55,603 bases of DNA. It comes from Octopus sinensis (Eukaryota). The position numbers were made by a program, and so were the translations under genes. Positions 1-10,085 of this stretch are shown here, in pieces. The notes below the pieces were generated by a model. It saw nothing but the letters and a program-made list of their open reading frames with translations. It was not told the origin of the DNA and made no database searches. The stretch spans positions 1 to 55,603 of the forward strand of contig NW_021833705.1 in NCBI RefSeq assembly GCF_006345805.1. The letters run 5' to 3'. Numbering within the stretch: position 1 is the first letter of the stretch; each line of letters starts with the position of its first letter.

Positions 1-297
1 ATCTATCTAGCTGTTTATTTGGGTTAGTTTATTTAGTTTACAAAAAAGAAAAATAAAAGGAAGAAAGAAGGAAAAAGAAGAAAAATGCAAAGCTTTATAT
101 TTCGTCCTCTCCGTTGGTTTTTTTTTTTGTTTTTTTTTTTTTTTTTTTATCGATTTCTCTTTTTCGACATCGATACACTCGGAATGGAAAAATGTGTGTA
201 AAAGACGTGTTTTATAAACAGAACGAAAGCAGCATGATTAATAAATCATTTCGCTGTCAAACATATTTTCATACTTTACTGGTTTGTTCAATCAAAT

Positions 298-298
298 C

Positions 299-332
<34 letters not shown>

Positions 333-345
333 GTATATATATATG

Positions 346-378
<33 letters not shown>

Positions 379-379
379 G

Positions 380-450
<71 letters not shown>

Positions 451-472
451 TATATAATACATACATACATAT

Positions 473-534
<62 letters not shown>

Positions 535-620
535 GACAGACAGACAGACGACAGACAGACAGACAGATAGATAGATAGATAGATAGATAGACAGACAGAA
601 CAACAGACAGACAGACAGAC

Positions 621-690
<70 letters not shown>

Positions 691-716
691 CACACATACA
701 TACATACATACATACA

Positions 717-747
<31 letters not shown>

Positions 748-798
748 CTGTTTATGTATATATGTGTGTGTACATACACAGACACGCGCACACAACGC
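298..798. repeat. Compound microsatellite (TA)n-(ATAG)n-(ACAG)n-(ATAC)n-(CA)n
   Basis: Direct reading; explains ORFs 114..476, 269..745, 292..825 and 450..911. Confidence 0.97.
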
Positions 799-944
799 AC
801 ACACATACACACGCACATCAAGCAATGAAATTCTAACTTAGTCTGATTTTCATGTTTTGATATTTGCAATTTATACAATTTTACAATATTGGAACAAACT
901 AGAACGTTCATGCATTATGAATGTATGTTTATATATATAAGTAC

Positions 945-1473
945 TTGGGTATAGCTATTGATCGTAGCAGGTGGAGAAGGATTGTGCACGAGGGGACAGC
1001 TACTTTTGAGAAATTTCGAGTTGCGCATGAGAAAGTAAGGAGGGATGTCAGGAAGGGCATCGCTGCTACACTTCCAGGCGGGAAGGGTCTTCCTATGATG
1101 CTGACATGCAGTGTCTGTGCAAGACCCTGCCTCAGTAAAGCTGGACTCAAGAGTCATCTTCGTAGTCATAAAGCGAGGCAGATGAGTGACAACCTGACCA
1201 CCGGTGGTGGTGTTACACACCATACTAATCATATCTGTCAGGTATGTGGAAGAGAGTGTAATTCGGTAGGAGGATTTAAACGACATGCAAAGGTACATGA
1301 AGCCCAGTTACAACTACAGCCGGCTATTACTGGTAAAGGTTTTAGTTGCCAATTCTGTACAAGACATTGTAGATCTTTGGCTGGGCTAAAAAGTCACATT
1401 CGATCACACCACCAATAACAGTTAAGCTTCGTGCAATGGCCATACTCAATATCGGGGGGGGGGGCAGCCATCA

Positions 1474-1476
<3 letters not shown>
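945..1476 (+). mobile_element. 5'-truncated RTE-clade LINE 3' end: C-terminus with three C2H2 zinc fingers plus short 3' UTR
   Basis: ORF 921..1418 has the RTE C-terminal signature A.DRSRWR..V..G...FE..R.....RR..RK, then CSVC..HLRSH, CQVC..HAKVH and CQFC..HIRSH; stop at 1416-1418; ~55-nt UTR running into (TA)n. Confidence 0.85.
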
Positions 1477-1510
<34 letters not shown>

Positions 1511-1514
<4 letters not shown>

Positions 1515-1920
1515 TAAAAACGGTAAGATAACAAAAGAAAGAAAGAGACCTTAATATTATGTAAATAGAGGAAATTGTTTATCTCAATAGTCAAGATAAA
1601 CAATTACTCAATAGTCAAGATAAACATGCGAGTGAAGATGTGTACGTTTTCATAGTGACGTATAAGTACGCACGTGGGTCTGCGAGCGCACATGTGAGCG
1701 TATGACTAGCTATGTTTACGTGTTTACTATGAAATTTTAATCTTATTTTATATAAGTAGCAAAATTATAACACAGTAATTTCCCTTTATATTACGATATT
1801 TTTTCATAGCGTTTTTTTAGATGGCCAGATAACCGAAGAGATGGTGTTGTGGATTTCCACTTCGGCATCTGAAACTCAGAGTTTTATCTTGACTATTGAG
1901 TAATTGTAACATATTATTAC
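1511..1920. mobile_element. PLE-derived foldback cassette in (TA)n, same family as 9131-9355
   Basis: Shares the leader TTGGTAAAA.GGTAAGATAACAAAAGAAAGAAAGAGACC with 9131; CAATTACTCAATAGTCAAGATAAA (1601-1624) is the reverse complement of ~1883-1906; contains an HHR motif. Confidence 0.75.
1823..1893 (+). ncRNA. Type I hammerhead ribozyme, degenerate copy (core CCGAAGA)
   Basis: GGCCAGAUAA-CCGAAGA-GAUG..CAUC-U-GAAAC-UCAGA-GUU-UUAUCUUGAC; paralog of 9260-9331 with a U4C change. Confidence 0.65.
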
Positions 1921-1946
1921 ATATATATATATATATATATATATAT

Positions 1947-2013
1947 CAGTCAAAAGGATAATACTATTCCACATATACAGCCATGCCAACAATCCAACAT
2001 CACCTCCATCATC
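1947..2013 (+). repeat. Dispersed repeat fragment abutting (TA)n; second copy at 44442-44518 (minus)
   Basis: TCAAAAGGAT..AATACTATTCCACATA..CAGCCAT.CCA.CAATCCA...CCTCCATCATCA is present in both places. Confidence 0.65.
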
Positions 2014-2255
2014 AGCTGCCCCACGGATATCATCATGGTTTCTACACCTGGGCAGTATCATTCAATCCAGCAGTGTCAACAGCACTAAAAGAAGTGTTGT
2101 TTGGGAACAAACAAACCAAAGAAACCACAACTTTCAAACACATTTACCCAATGTACAACAGTATCGGTAAATAAATTCAATAAGTAAATCAATAATTAAC
2201 TCTTAAATATGTAATTAAACAGCGACCAGATCTTTAAGTCATACATTTTCTTCCC

Positions 2256-2287
<32 letters not shown>

Positions 2288-2330
2288 GGTGAGAAAGTTG
2301 GTGTGTGAAAGTACGTGGTTGGATATATAG

Positions 2331-2480
2331 AAAATAGAAAAGAGTGAAAAAACTACAGAATTTTGCATATAGTAACATGTTACCATATGCAAAATTTTTT
2401 ATAACATTCTTCTAACATAACGACTTAAATATATTCTTTAACGTTATAAACAAGTCTTCTGTAGTTCTTTCACTCTTTTC

Positions 2481-2486
<6 letters not shown>
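2331..2486. repeat. Inverted repeat (30-bp arms 2331-2360 / 2457-2486) with an inner 38-bp near-palindrome at 2359-2396
   Basis: AAAATAGAAAAGAGTGAAAAAACTACAGAA vs TTCTGTAGTTCTTTCACTCTTTTCTATTTT; flanked by (TA)n. Confidence 0.85.
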
Positions 2487-2551
<65 letters not shown>

Positions 2552-2645
2552 TATAAATAGGGGTAGAAATTGATATTAATCAATAAAACCAGTGGCCTAG
2601 CATACTTTAAAGAAAAAAATATCCGAAGATGAAACATTTTTTTAC

Positions 2646-2969
2646 ATACAAAATTTAGAGGACTGACAACTAAAAGTGGACAGCCTGTATGCTAGATATA
2701 GACGTCAAGTTGCCATTTTCCACGAAGAATGTGTTCTCAAGAAAAAACTCAGCAAAAAACCAAAGTGTAGAAATAAGCAAGACAAATGAAAATATACGAA
2801 ATAAACAACCGATTTTTTATTTCGTATATTTTCATTTGTCTTTCTTATTTCTACACTTTGGTTTTTTGCTGATTTTTTCTTGAGAACACATTCTTCGTGG
2901 AAAATGGCAACTTGATGTCTATATCTAGCATACAGGCTGTCCACTTTTAGTACTCAGTCCTCTAAATTT

Positions 2970-2974
<5 letters not shown>
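2646..2974. repeat. Near-perfect long palindrome (~160-bp arms, ~10-nt loop)
   Basis: ATACAAAATTTAGAGGACTGA...CGAAATAAA mirrored by TTTATTTCG...TCAGTCCTCTAAATTTTGTAT; gives near-identical peptides in ORFs 2689+ and 2705-. Confidence 0.95.
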
Positions 2975-3025
<51 letters not shown>

Positions 3026-3150
3026 AACAGAAAGGGAGGAATTTCGATTATCCTCACGTGGTGATTTAATATATATAAGAAATTTAAGAAGGAAAATGCA
3101 CACACTTTACATAGTTTTAATATATTTTTTAATATATTTTATATTGTGTT

Positions 3151-3183
3151 TGTCGACCGGTTTCGCTTTCGCTAATGATGACA
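3151..3183 (-). ncRNA. Degenerate minimal hammerhead-like motif in a (TA)n-flanked cassette
   Basis: Minus strand UGUC-AUCAUUA-GC GAAA GC-GAAA-CCGGUC-GACA; stems I-III and GUC intact, CUGAUGA box has 3 mismatches. Confidence 0.4.
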
Positions 3184-3494
3184 TTAAAATTTTTTTAATT
3201 GCGTATTTTCTTGAGAAAATTTTATTTTGTCCATGTTGTGTGTGTGATATATATATATAATATATATATTATATATATATTATATATTCTCTTTTTTCTT
3301 TTATTCGTTTCAGCCATGCAGCTGTGGTCATATTGGAGCACAAACGGGATTTTATACTTTTGCATATCATTCTTGTTTGGCTGATTTCTTCAAGGTGCTG
3401 GGATTTCATATTACCAATCCTGCACGTGTTTTTTTCCTTCTTTGGTTGATGGCCCATTTGGTGCATGAGGGCGTATACATATAAATGTGTGTGT

Positions 3495-3531
<37 letters not shown>

Positions 3532-4029
3532 CTAAATACCTAGTGAAACTTCAAAGCCACTTATCAATATATTGTCTCCTTAGGGTGGTGAGTATAAAGG
3601 ATCGTTAGCACACTGGGTAAAGTACTTAGCGGTTCTTCTTTATGTACTGAGTTCAAATTCCTTTGACATCAGCTTTGCTTTCATCCTTTCTGACTTGAAA
3701 AAATAAGTGCCAGTCAAAGATGTAATCACCTTAGCTCCTCTCCCGAGAATGCTGGCCTTCAGCCAAAATTCGGAACCAATATGTTGGTCTTGAGCCAGAA
3801 TTTTAAATTAATTAAGCTGTTGAAATCACACCTCAAAAATCACACCTCTTTATTATATATTCTAATTTGACTTTGGTTTAATTGTTAATTGCTGTTATTT
3901 TATACATGTTAGGTTTATTGGTATGTATATATTATATTACGGTAGGTCTTCATTTAATGTTTGTTGTTTTTAATCTGTCAGCAATATATATATATATCCA
4001 TCCTTCTATCCATCTTCTCTTTCCCTCTC

Positions 4030-4103
<74 letters not shown>

Positions 4104-4134
4104 TGTATGTATGTATATATTATATATATATTAT

Positions 4135-4180
<46 letters not shown>

Positions 4181-5319
4181 AATAATGGAAAATGGAGACA
4201 AATGCTCAAGATGTTATTTAAATCATTTATAACACCATATCACCGAGTGAACTATATATATATATACATATTGATAGATAGATTGATAAGTAGATATTCA
4301 TTGTGACCCAACAAAATATGCATAAGCACACCACACACACACACACACATTGCACAGGCTTTGGCCTCCCTTCTGCTATATTATTCTGCACCAGTTACAT
4401 TAATTATGGTTTCTACACCCCAAAAGGATGAAGACCTTGGTTTTGTTTTCTTTTCTCTCTTCTCATTCCACTTTCTACATTGATCTTCATTGCATTATTT
4501 TTTCTTTTCATTTTTTTCTCTCATTTTCTCTTATGCCCAAAGCATCACACAGTGGGACTGAACCCCAAACCACACAGCCATACTTGTTTTTTTTTCTTTT
4601 GTTTTGGCTTTTGTTTCTTTTAACATTTAGTTAACGAAGGAAGAGCAGTTTCCATAACCTTCCTTTTATAATTTTAAGGACTCTGACACCAGTGAGAAGA
4701 AGTTATGAAGTTACTGCGAAACTAAAGACTTGGCTTGAATACTTGCAACAGAGAGAACACTTCTAAGGGCACCCACATGGTAGGATTAAACTTGGCAACA
4801 GATTAGATCTCAGAAATCACAACTCAAAAGAGCCAGGTAAAATATTGCATGACATCTTATCAGATGTTCTAACAAGGCCATCTTAGTCAGGTATTTTATT
4901 TAATGATCTATAAAAGGATGAACAGCTTGGCTGGCCTTGTCAGGTTTTGAACTCAGAACATATTGAGCTGGAGCAAATTCCACAATGTAGGTTGGCTTCA
5001 CTTTAACGATTCAGCTAAAGAGCTGATTAATATTGAACAATGTCCATAGTAAAAACATTATTTTCTCTCTCCTCTCTCTCTCTCTCTCTCTTCTTCCCTT
5101 CTTCCCATCTCTTTCTCTGGCCAAATCCATGAAGCATACAGCCCACTGCTTTTGCTTTCCAGATATCAGTTCACTCGAGATTACTCCTGGTTCTATGATA
5201 CAAACTTCAAATGATGTAAATTAAAACTTTTTTTTGAACTGAAACAAAATGGTGTTTTATCTCTCAAACACCAGCTTAATAGTAAAATCATTTTACTACA
5301 TCCTTCATTATATTTAAAA

Positions 5320-5731
5320 CTAGCAGCTAAGCCCGGTTTCACCCGGTCTGTTTGGATGATGTGGCTATGATCGTTTTCCAGTTACGCATAATCTATAACA
5401 GCATTTCTCAACTTTATCATTTTGGGTCCCCTGTTTCGATTGGAGCCTCCAGCTGTATGAAAATTTCCTGACCCCCACCCCATCAGAAAACAGCTTCTAA
5501 GCAACTGGTTGTTTTAATGGCAGAAGAAAGAGGGGAATTCCATTAGAAAAAGTTTTAATCGATTTTCTCGGTAAGTAAGGGGACTAGGAAAAAAATACAA
5601 ACTGCATTCCAATCTATGCACCCGTCCCCATATGGGTGCCGTTTTTCATGCGAATCCACCCAGCCATTTGGCTGTGAACCTCAAGACAAGGAAGAATACA
5701 ATGATTGCCCATGTCCAATTTATATTATAGA
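5320..5731 (-). mobile_element. Non-autonomous Helitron inserted in a decayed TTAA-MITE copy
   Basis: Minus strand A|TCTATAATATAAA ... hairpin CCGGGTGAAACCGG .. GCTGCTAG|T; flanks (~5250-5319, 5732-5785) join into a degenerate copy of the MITE at 15631. Confidence 0.85.
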
Positions 5732-5894
5732 TAAACTGATGCCAAAACTGTATTTCACCAGAAATATAATAATAAATATGCTTAACAGAGGTGGGTGCCA
5801 AATTTATTGGGTACTTTATAACCTGTAAGTGTTGAATTCAAATTGTTTTGGGGGTAAAAATCTACCTTAGGGCGGATGTCAACTTCATATGGCT

Positions 5895-6495
5895 AACTGC
5901 CAGAGCAGCTAACTGGCTTCTGTGCCGGTGGCACGTAAAAGGCTCCATTCAAGCGTGATCGTTACCAGCGTCGCCTTAATGGCACCTGTGCCGGTGGAAT
6001 GTGTAAAAAGATTCGAGAGAGGTCATTGCCAGTACCTATTTCTTTATTACCCACAAGGGGCTAAACACAGAGAGGACAAACAAGGACAGACATAGGTATT
6101 AAGTCGATTACATTGACCCCAGTGCGTAACTGGTACTTAATTTATCGACCCCGAAAGGGTGAAAGGCAAAGTCGACCTCGGCAGAATTTGAACTCACAAC
6201 GTAACGGCAGACAAAATACCGCTAAGCATTTCGCCCGGCGTGCTAACGGTTCTGCCAGCTCGCCGCTCATTGCCAGTACTGCCTGACTGGACCCCGTGCT
6301 GGTGGCACGTAAAAAGCACCCACTACACTCTTGGAATGGTTGGCGTTAGGAAGGGCATCAAGCTGTAGAAACTCTTGCCAGATCAAGATTGGAGCCTGGT
6401 GCAGCCACCTGGTTCGCCAGTCCTCAGTCAAAATCGTCCAACCCGAGCTACCATGGAAAGTGGACATTAAACGACAACGATGATGATGATGATGA
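5895..6495 (+). mobile_element. Family D retroposon (GCCGGTGGCACGTAAAA subrepeats, GGCGTTAGGAAGGGCATCCAGC motif, (GAT)n tail) interrupted by a SINE B
   Basis: Other copies at ~8110-8640 (+), 18395-18686 (+), 25862-26240 (-), 30110-30470 (+); tail ..CATGGAAA.CGGACGTTAAACGATGATG. Confidence 0.85.
6036..6266 (-). mobile_element. tRNA-derived SINE family B (Meta/MESC-like core) with 13-bp TSD
   Basis: Head GGCGAGCTGGCAGAA..GAGTTCAAATTC, core GCCTTTCA.CCTTTCGGGGTCGATAAATTAAGTACCAG; TSD TCATTGCCAGTAC at 6023-6035 and 6267-6279. Confidence 0.9.
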
Positions 6496-7920
6496 GGATT
6501 AAAAGAATCAATAAATAGACTGGATTTAGAAGTCTTAAATATAACAAATGAGAAAACAAGATCAGATGGCCTTATTATAATTGGAACACTAGTTGAGCCA
6601 TAAAAAGTTGACGCTTAGAAATAGTCAAAGAAACATGTGATCCCTTTCATAACTGTTTTAATTTTTACTGTTTCAAAAGCGTTAAAATAGTTTTACAACT
6701 GCTTTCTTGTACAGACTAAGAGTAATTTTAAACAGTTTTTACAGATATTTTTGTAGTTTTATAGTAGCTTTCATTGTACCATAATAATTCTAAACAGTTT
6801 TACAGTAATATGTGTAATTGTTATAACCAGTTTCATTGCACAGCTTTACAGCCATTTTAATAGTTTTTTTTTTTTCACATGCTTTCAATTGTAGTTTTAC
6901 AATCATTTTATAGTTTTACACGTTTTTATAGATGTCTTTATTGCACAGTGTTTGAGTTATTTTAATCAGTTTTGCCATTATTTTTGTTCTTTTATGTTTG
7001 TATTGTAGTAATACAATAATGTGATACAGTTTCACAGCAATTTTTTTTTACCTGTTTTACAAACATTCTGCAACAGATTTATCACATTTTTTATGCTATT
7101 TTACGTTCACTTTCTGTAAAGATTTGCATCAATTTCGCTCAGTTTACACTCGTTTTTGTACAGCTTAACAGAACTGTTTCATTTCTTTCTTTATTTTTCT
7201 TTTTATTCCTCTTTTCTTTTTTTTTCTTTTTTTTTTCTTTTTGGTTTTCTCATATAGCTTTCAGGCACTTTTGTGCAGTTTTGCAGTCATGTAGATTATG
7301 TGAAATTCAGCAGAAAATCTGGACATTGGTTGACAAGTAGTTTACAGTTGGATGCCGATTTCATGCCGAATCACACAACTGCATGAAATGGAAACAAGAC
7401 AAACAAAAGCAATATGCATTTCTGAGAAGCCAACACCAAACGATAAAAGGATTTCATGTTATGATTTTTACAAACAATAGAATATTAATTTTATAGCCAC
7501 TATATCTCACAGTAGTATATTTATTAATCTTTTATCAATCAGAAGAGTATATTGATCTTATGCGTACTATATTACACCAGGTTGATTTTATGCAAGACAA
7601 GAACACAATTATAAAGAGATGTAAGCAAATGCAACTCCATAAGACAAACATTAGTTTTCACAGAACAATCAATTATCCACCAGTTCCTTAGAAAAATTGA
7701 ATTACCATTATTTATTTGGAACCTGTAGCTTGAGGGGCTATCCTAATATGCTTGCTTACTCATTTTAAAATTCTTATTTAAGAACTAAGAATCTCTGAAG
7801 GCGATCAATTTACATTAAGGAGATGAAACTAGCAGTTAGTTTAATAACAACTAAATTTTCCCTATGATCAAATTTTAACTCTGACTTTCATGTAAAATAA
7901 AATAAATTTGAAATCTTTTT

Positions 7921-8611
7921 AGGCGTGGCTGTGTGGTAAGAAGTTTGCTTCCCAGCCGCGTGGTTCTGGGTTCAGTCTCACCATGTGGCACCTTGAGAAA
8001 GTGCCTTCTTGTATAGCCCTGAGTTGACCAAAGCCTTGTGAACGGATTTGGTTGATAGAAACTGAAAGAAGGCAGCAAGCTGGAAGAAACGTTGGCGCAC
8101 TTATGCGTACCTTTCCTTCATTGGACATTAAACTCTGCTTGCGAAGACCTGTTGAGGCAAGTGAAATCGAAATTGAAATCAAATTCGATGGTGGGCACCC
8201 GTACTAGTGGAGCACTAAGAGCACCATCCGAGCGTGATCATTGCCAGAGCAGCTAACTGGCTTCGATGCCAGTGGCACATAAAAAGCACCATTTGAGCAT
8301 GATCTTTACCAGCGTTGCCTTACTGGCACTTTCGAGTGAGGTCATTGCCAGTGCCACTGGACTGGCTCCTGTGCAGGTGGCACATAAAAAAACACCATTT
8401 GAGCATGGCCATTGTTAGTACCGCCTGACTGGCCCTCATGCCGGTGGCATGTAAAAGCACCCACTAGACTCATGGAGTGGTTGGCGTTAGGAAGGGCATC
8501 CAGCTGTAGAAACTCTGCCAGATTAAGATTGGAGCCTGGTGCAGCCATCTGGTTTGCCAGTCCTCAGTCAAATCGTCCAACCCATGCAAGCATGGAAAGA
8601 AGACGTTAAAC

Positions 8612-8640
<29 letters not shown>
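7921..8640 (+). mobile_element. Cluster: SINE A 5' half, SINE B head fragment, family D copy
   Basis: Matches to the family consensuses seen elsewhere in the window. Confidence 0.8.
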
Positions 8641-8642
<2 letters not shown>

Positions 8643-8954
8643 CTGATACATACATACATACCTTTTCAAAAAAAAAAAAAATTAAGAAAATGGATAAAAA
8701 TTTATGTAGAGATGTTTTATTTAAAGACATTCAAATTCATACAAAGACTTTAGTTCCTTGACTAATTATATATATATATATACACACACATACTTATAAA
8801 CATGCATACATACATATTTTATATATATATACTTACATGCATACATGAGTGTGTACATGGGTGTATATATATATATATATATATGTATAAAATATAAATA
8901 TTATTACAACACAATATTATTTTCCAGTGAAATAGTGCACCATAAAGGTAGAAT

Positions 8955-9110
8955 TATAAATAGGAAATAGTAGACCAACAACGCACCAATTTTTTGCACA
9001 CATCTTTGCCTCTATACATTCAGTAAAGCTCTACCTGGTGGCAAACGGTTATCGACTGCTATTTCCAGCAAAAAATTGGTACCTTGTTGTGCCACCATTT
9101 CCTATTTATA
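8955..9110. repeat. Imperfect inverted repeat (8955-8997 / 9068-9110) in a (TA)n-flanked cassette
   Basis: TATAAATAGGAAAT...ACCAATTTTTTGC vs GCAAAAAATTGGT...ATTTCCTATTTATA. Confidence 0.75.
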
Positions 9111-9130
9111 TATATATATATAATATATAT

Positions 9131-9355
9131 TGGTAAAATGGTAAGATAACAAAAGAAAGAAAGAGACCTCAATATTATGTAAATAGAGGAATTTAACTGT
9201 AAATATATGTGACAATTATTCGGTAGCCAAGATAAAACTCTGAGTTACGGATGCTGGATGGCCAGATAACTGAAGAGATGGTGGTGTGGATTCCCACCTT
9301 GGCATCCGAAACTTAGAGTTTTATCTTGGCTACCGAATAATTGTCACATATTATA
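9131..9355. mobile_element. PLE-derived foldback cassette with hammerhead
   Basis: Arms ~9206-9254 / 9302-9350 (TATGTGACAATTATTCGGTAGCCAAGATAAAACTCTGAGTTACGGATGC and its reverse complement); (TA)n on both sides. Confidence 0.8.
9260..9331 (+). ncRNA. Type I hammerhead ribozyme (PLE-type)
   Basis: Stem I GGCCAGAUAA / UUAUCU(U)GGCU; CUGAAGA 9270-9276; stem II GAUG/CAUC; GAAA 9308-9311; near-palindromic stem III; GUU triplet 9318-9320. Confidence 0.78.
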
Positions 9356-9374
9356 CATAATATATATATATATA

Positions 9375-9758
9375 TCTTTATATATAAAAGTGAAGTTGTG
9401 TGTCTTTCTCCTATGATTTAGACTCCTAACTACTCCTACATTTTGCGGTGCAGTGTAACCAAAAGCGGGTATCTTATAGTCGTGATTCATATCGAGCCCT
9501 TCTGGGTATTAGTGCGTGTCTACGATGAGTCTACGATTTAAAAAAAAATTTACCATCATTTTTTCTCATTTTTTTGCTATTATATAAGGGAAGTAACTCT
9601 CTAAAAATGTATTATTAAATCTCAGAACGTAAAAAGCTACAATAACACCCCCCTTTGTGGTTAGCCATATTGAGATGGCTATTATACTTTACATCTCTAA
9701 AAATGCTTATATAGTTATTTCCCTTACAAACCCGAGCAACACCAGGCGATACTGCTAG
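9375..9758 (+). mobile_element. Non-autonomous Helitron
   Basis: A|TCTTTATATATAAAAG 5' end; subterminal GC-rich imperfect hairpin CCCGAGCAACACCAGGC then GATACTGCTAG|T; no TSD. Confidence 0.85.
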
Positions 9759-9959
9759 TAATATATATATATATATACTACAAAATTAGAGAATGGAGAA
9801 ACATACTTAAATTAATAAAACATCAACTATCCGATGATACCCAATCAATACTTTAATACACCATTACATATGAGTAAAGGCATTATACAAAATGAGATAT
9901 ACAGTAATAGTAAAAAGATAAAGAGATATAAGTAAAAAATTTCAAATATAATATGCAAT

Positions 9960-10085
9960 TAAATCAAAACTGACAGCTGTTTCGGCAGTGAGGGCAGTCA
10001 TACCTCATTTAACCTCTAAGCCATAAAGGCAGGTATAAATGAGGCATTAACAAGGATGCCCCACGGCCTCTTCAGAGAATTAAAT
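9960..10085 (-). ncRNA. Type I hammerhead ribozyme with extended stem II in the PLE 3' end
   Basis: Minus strand CUGAAGA (10075-10069), stem II GGC..GCC enclosing a long hairpin, GAAAC-AGCU-GUC (GUC at 9974-9972), palindromic stem III ACAGCUGU. Confidence 0.85.

Noticed and set aside
114-911. YI/LSIY/MYVC-rich ORFs here and at 3882-4306, 35162-35380 and 48268-54560
   Set aside because: Translations of di- and tetranucleotide microsatellites.
921-1418. Host C2H2 zinc-finger transcription factor gene
   Set aside because: No TGEKP linkers, preceded by the RTE DR..WR motif, no real start or acceptor, and ends in a short UTR at (TA)n.
7258-7386. Exon-like stretch after a polypyrimidine tract (also 37727-37794, ~47519-47626 and ~30611-30755)
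   Set aside because: Splice-like signals only; frames are short or closed, the peptides are unrecognisable and no consistent gene model emerges.
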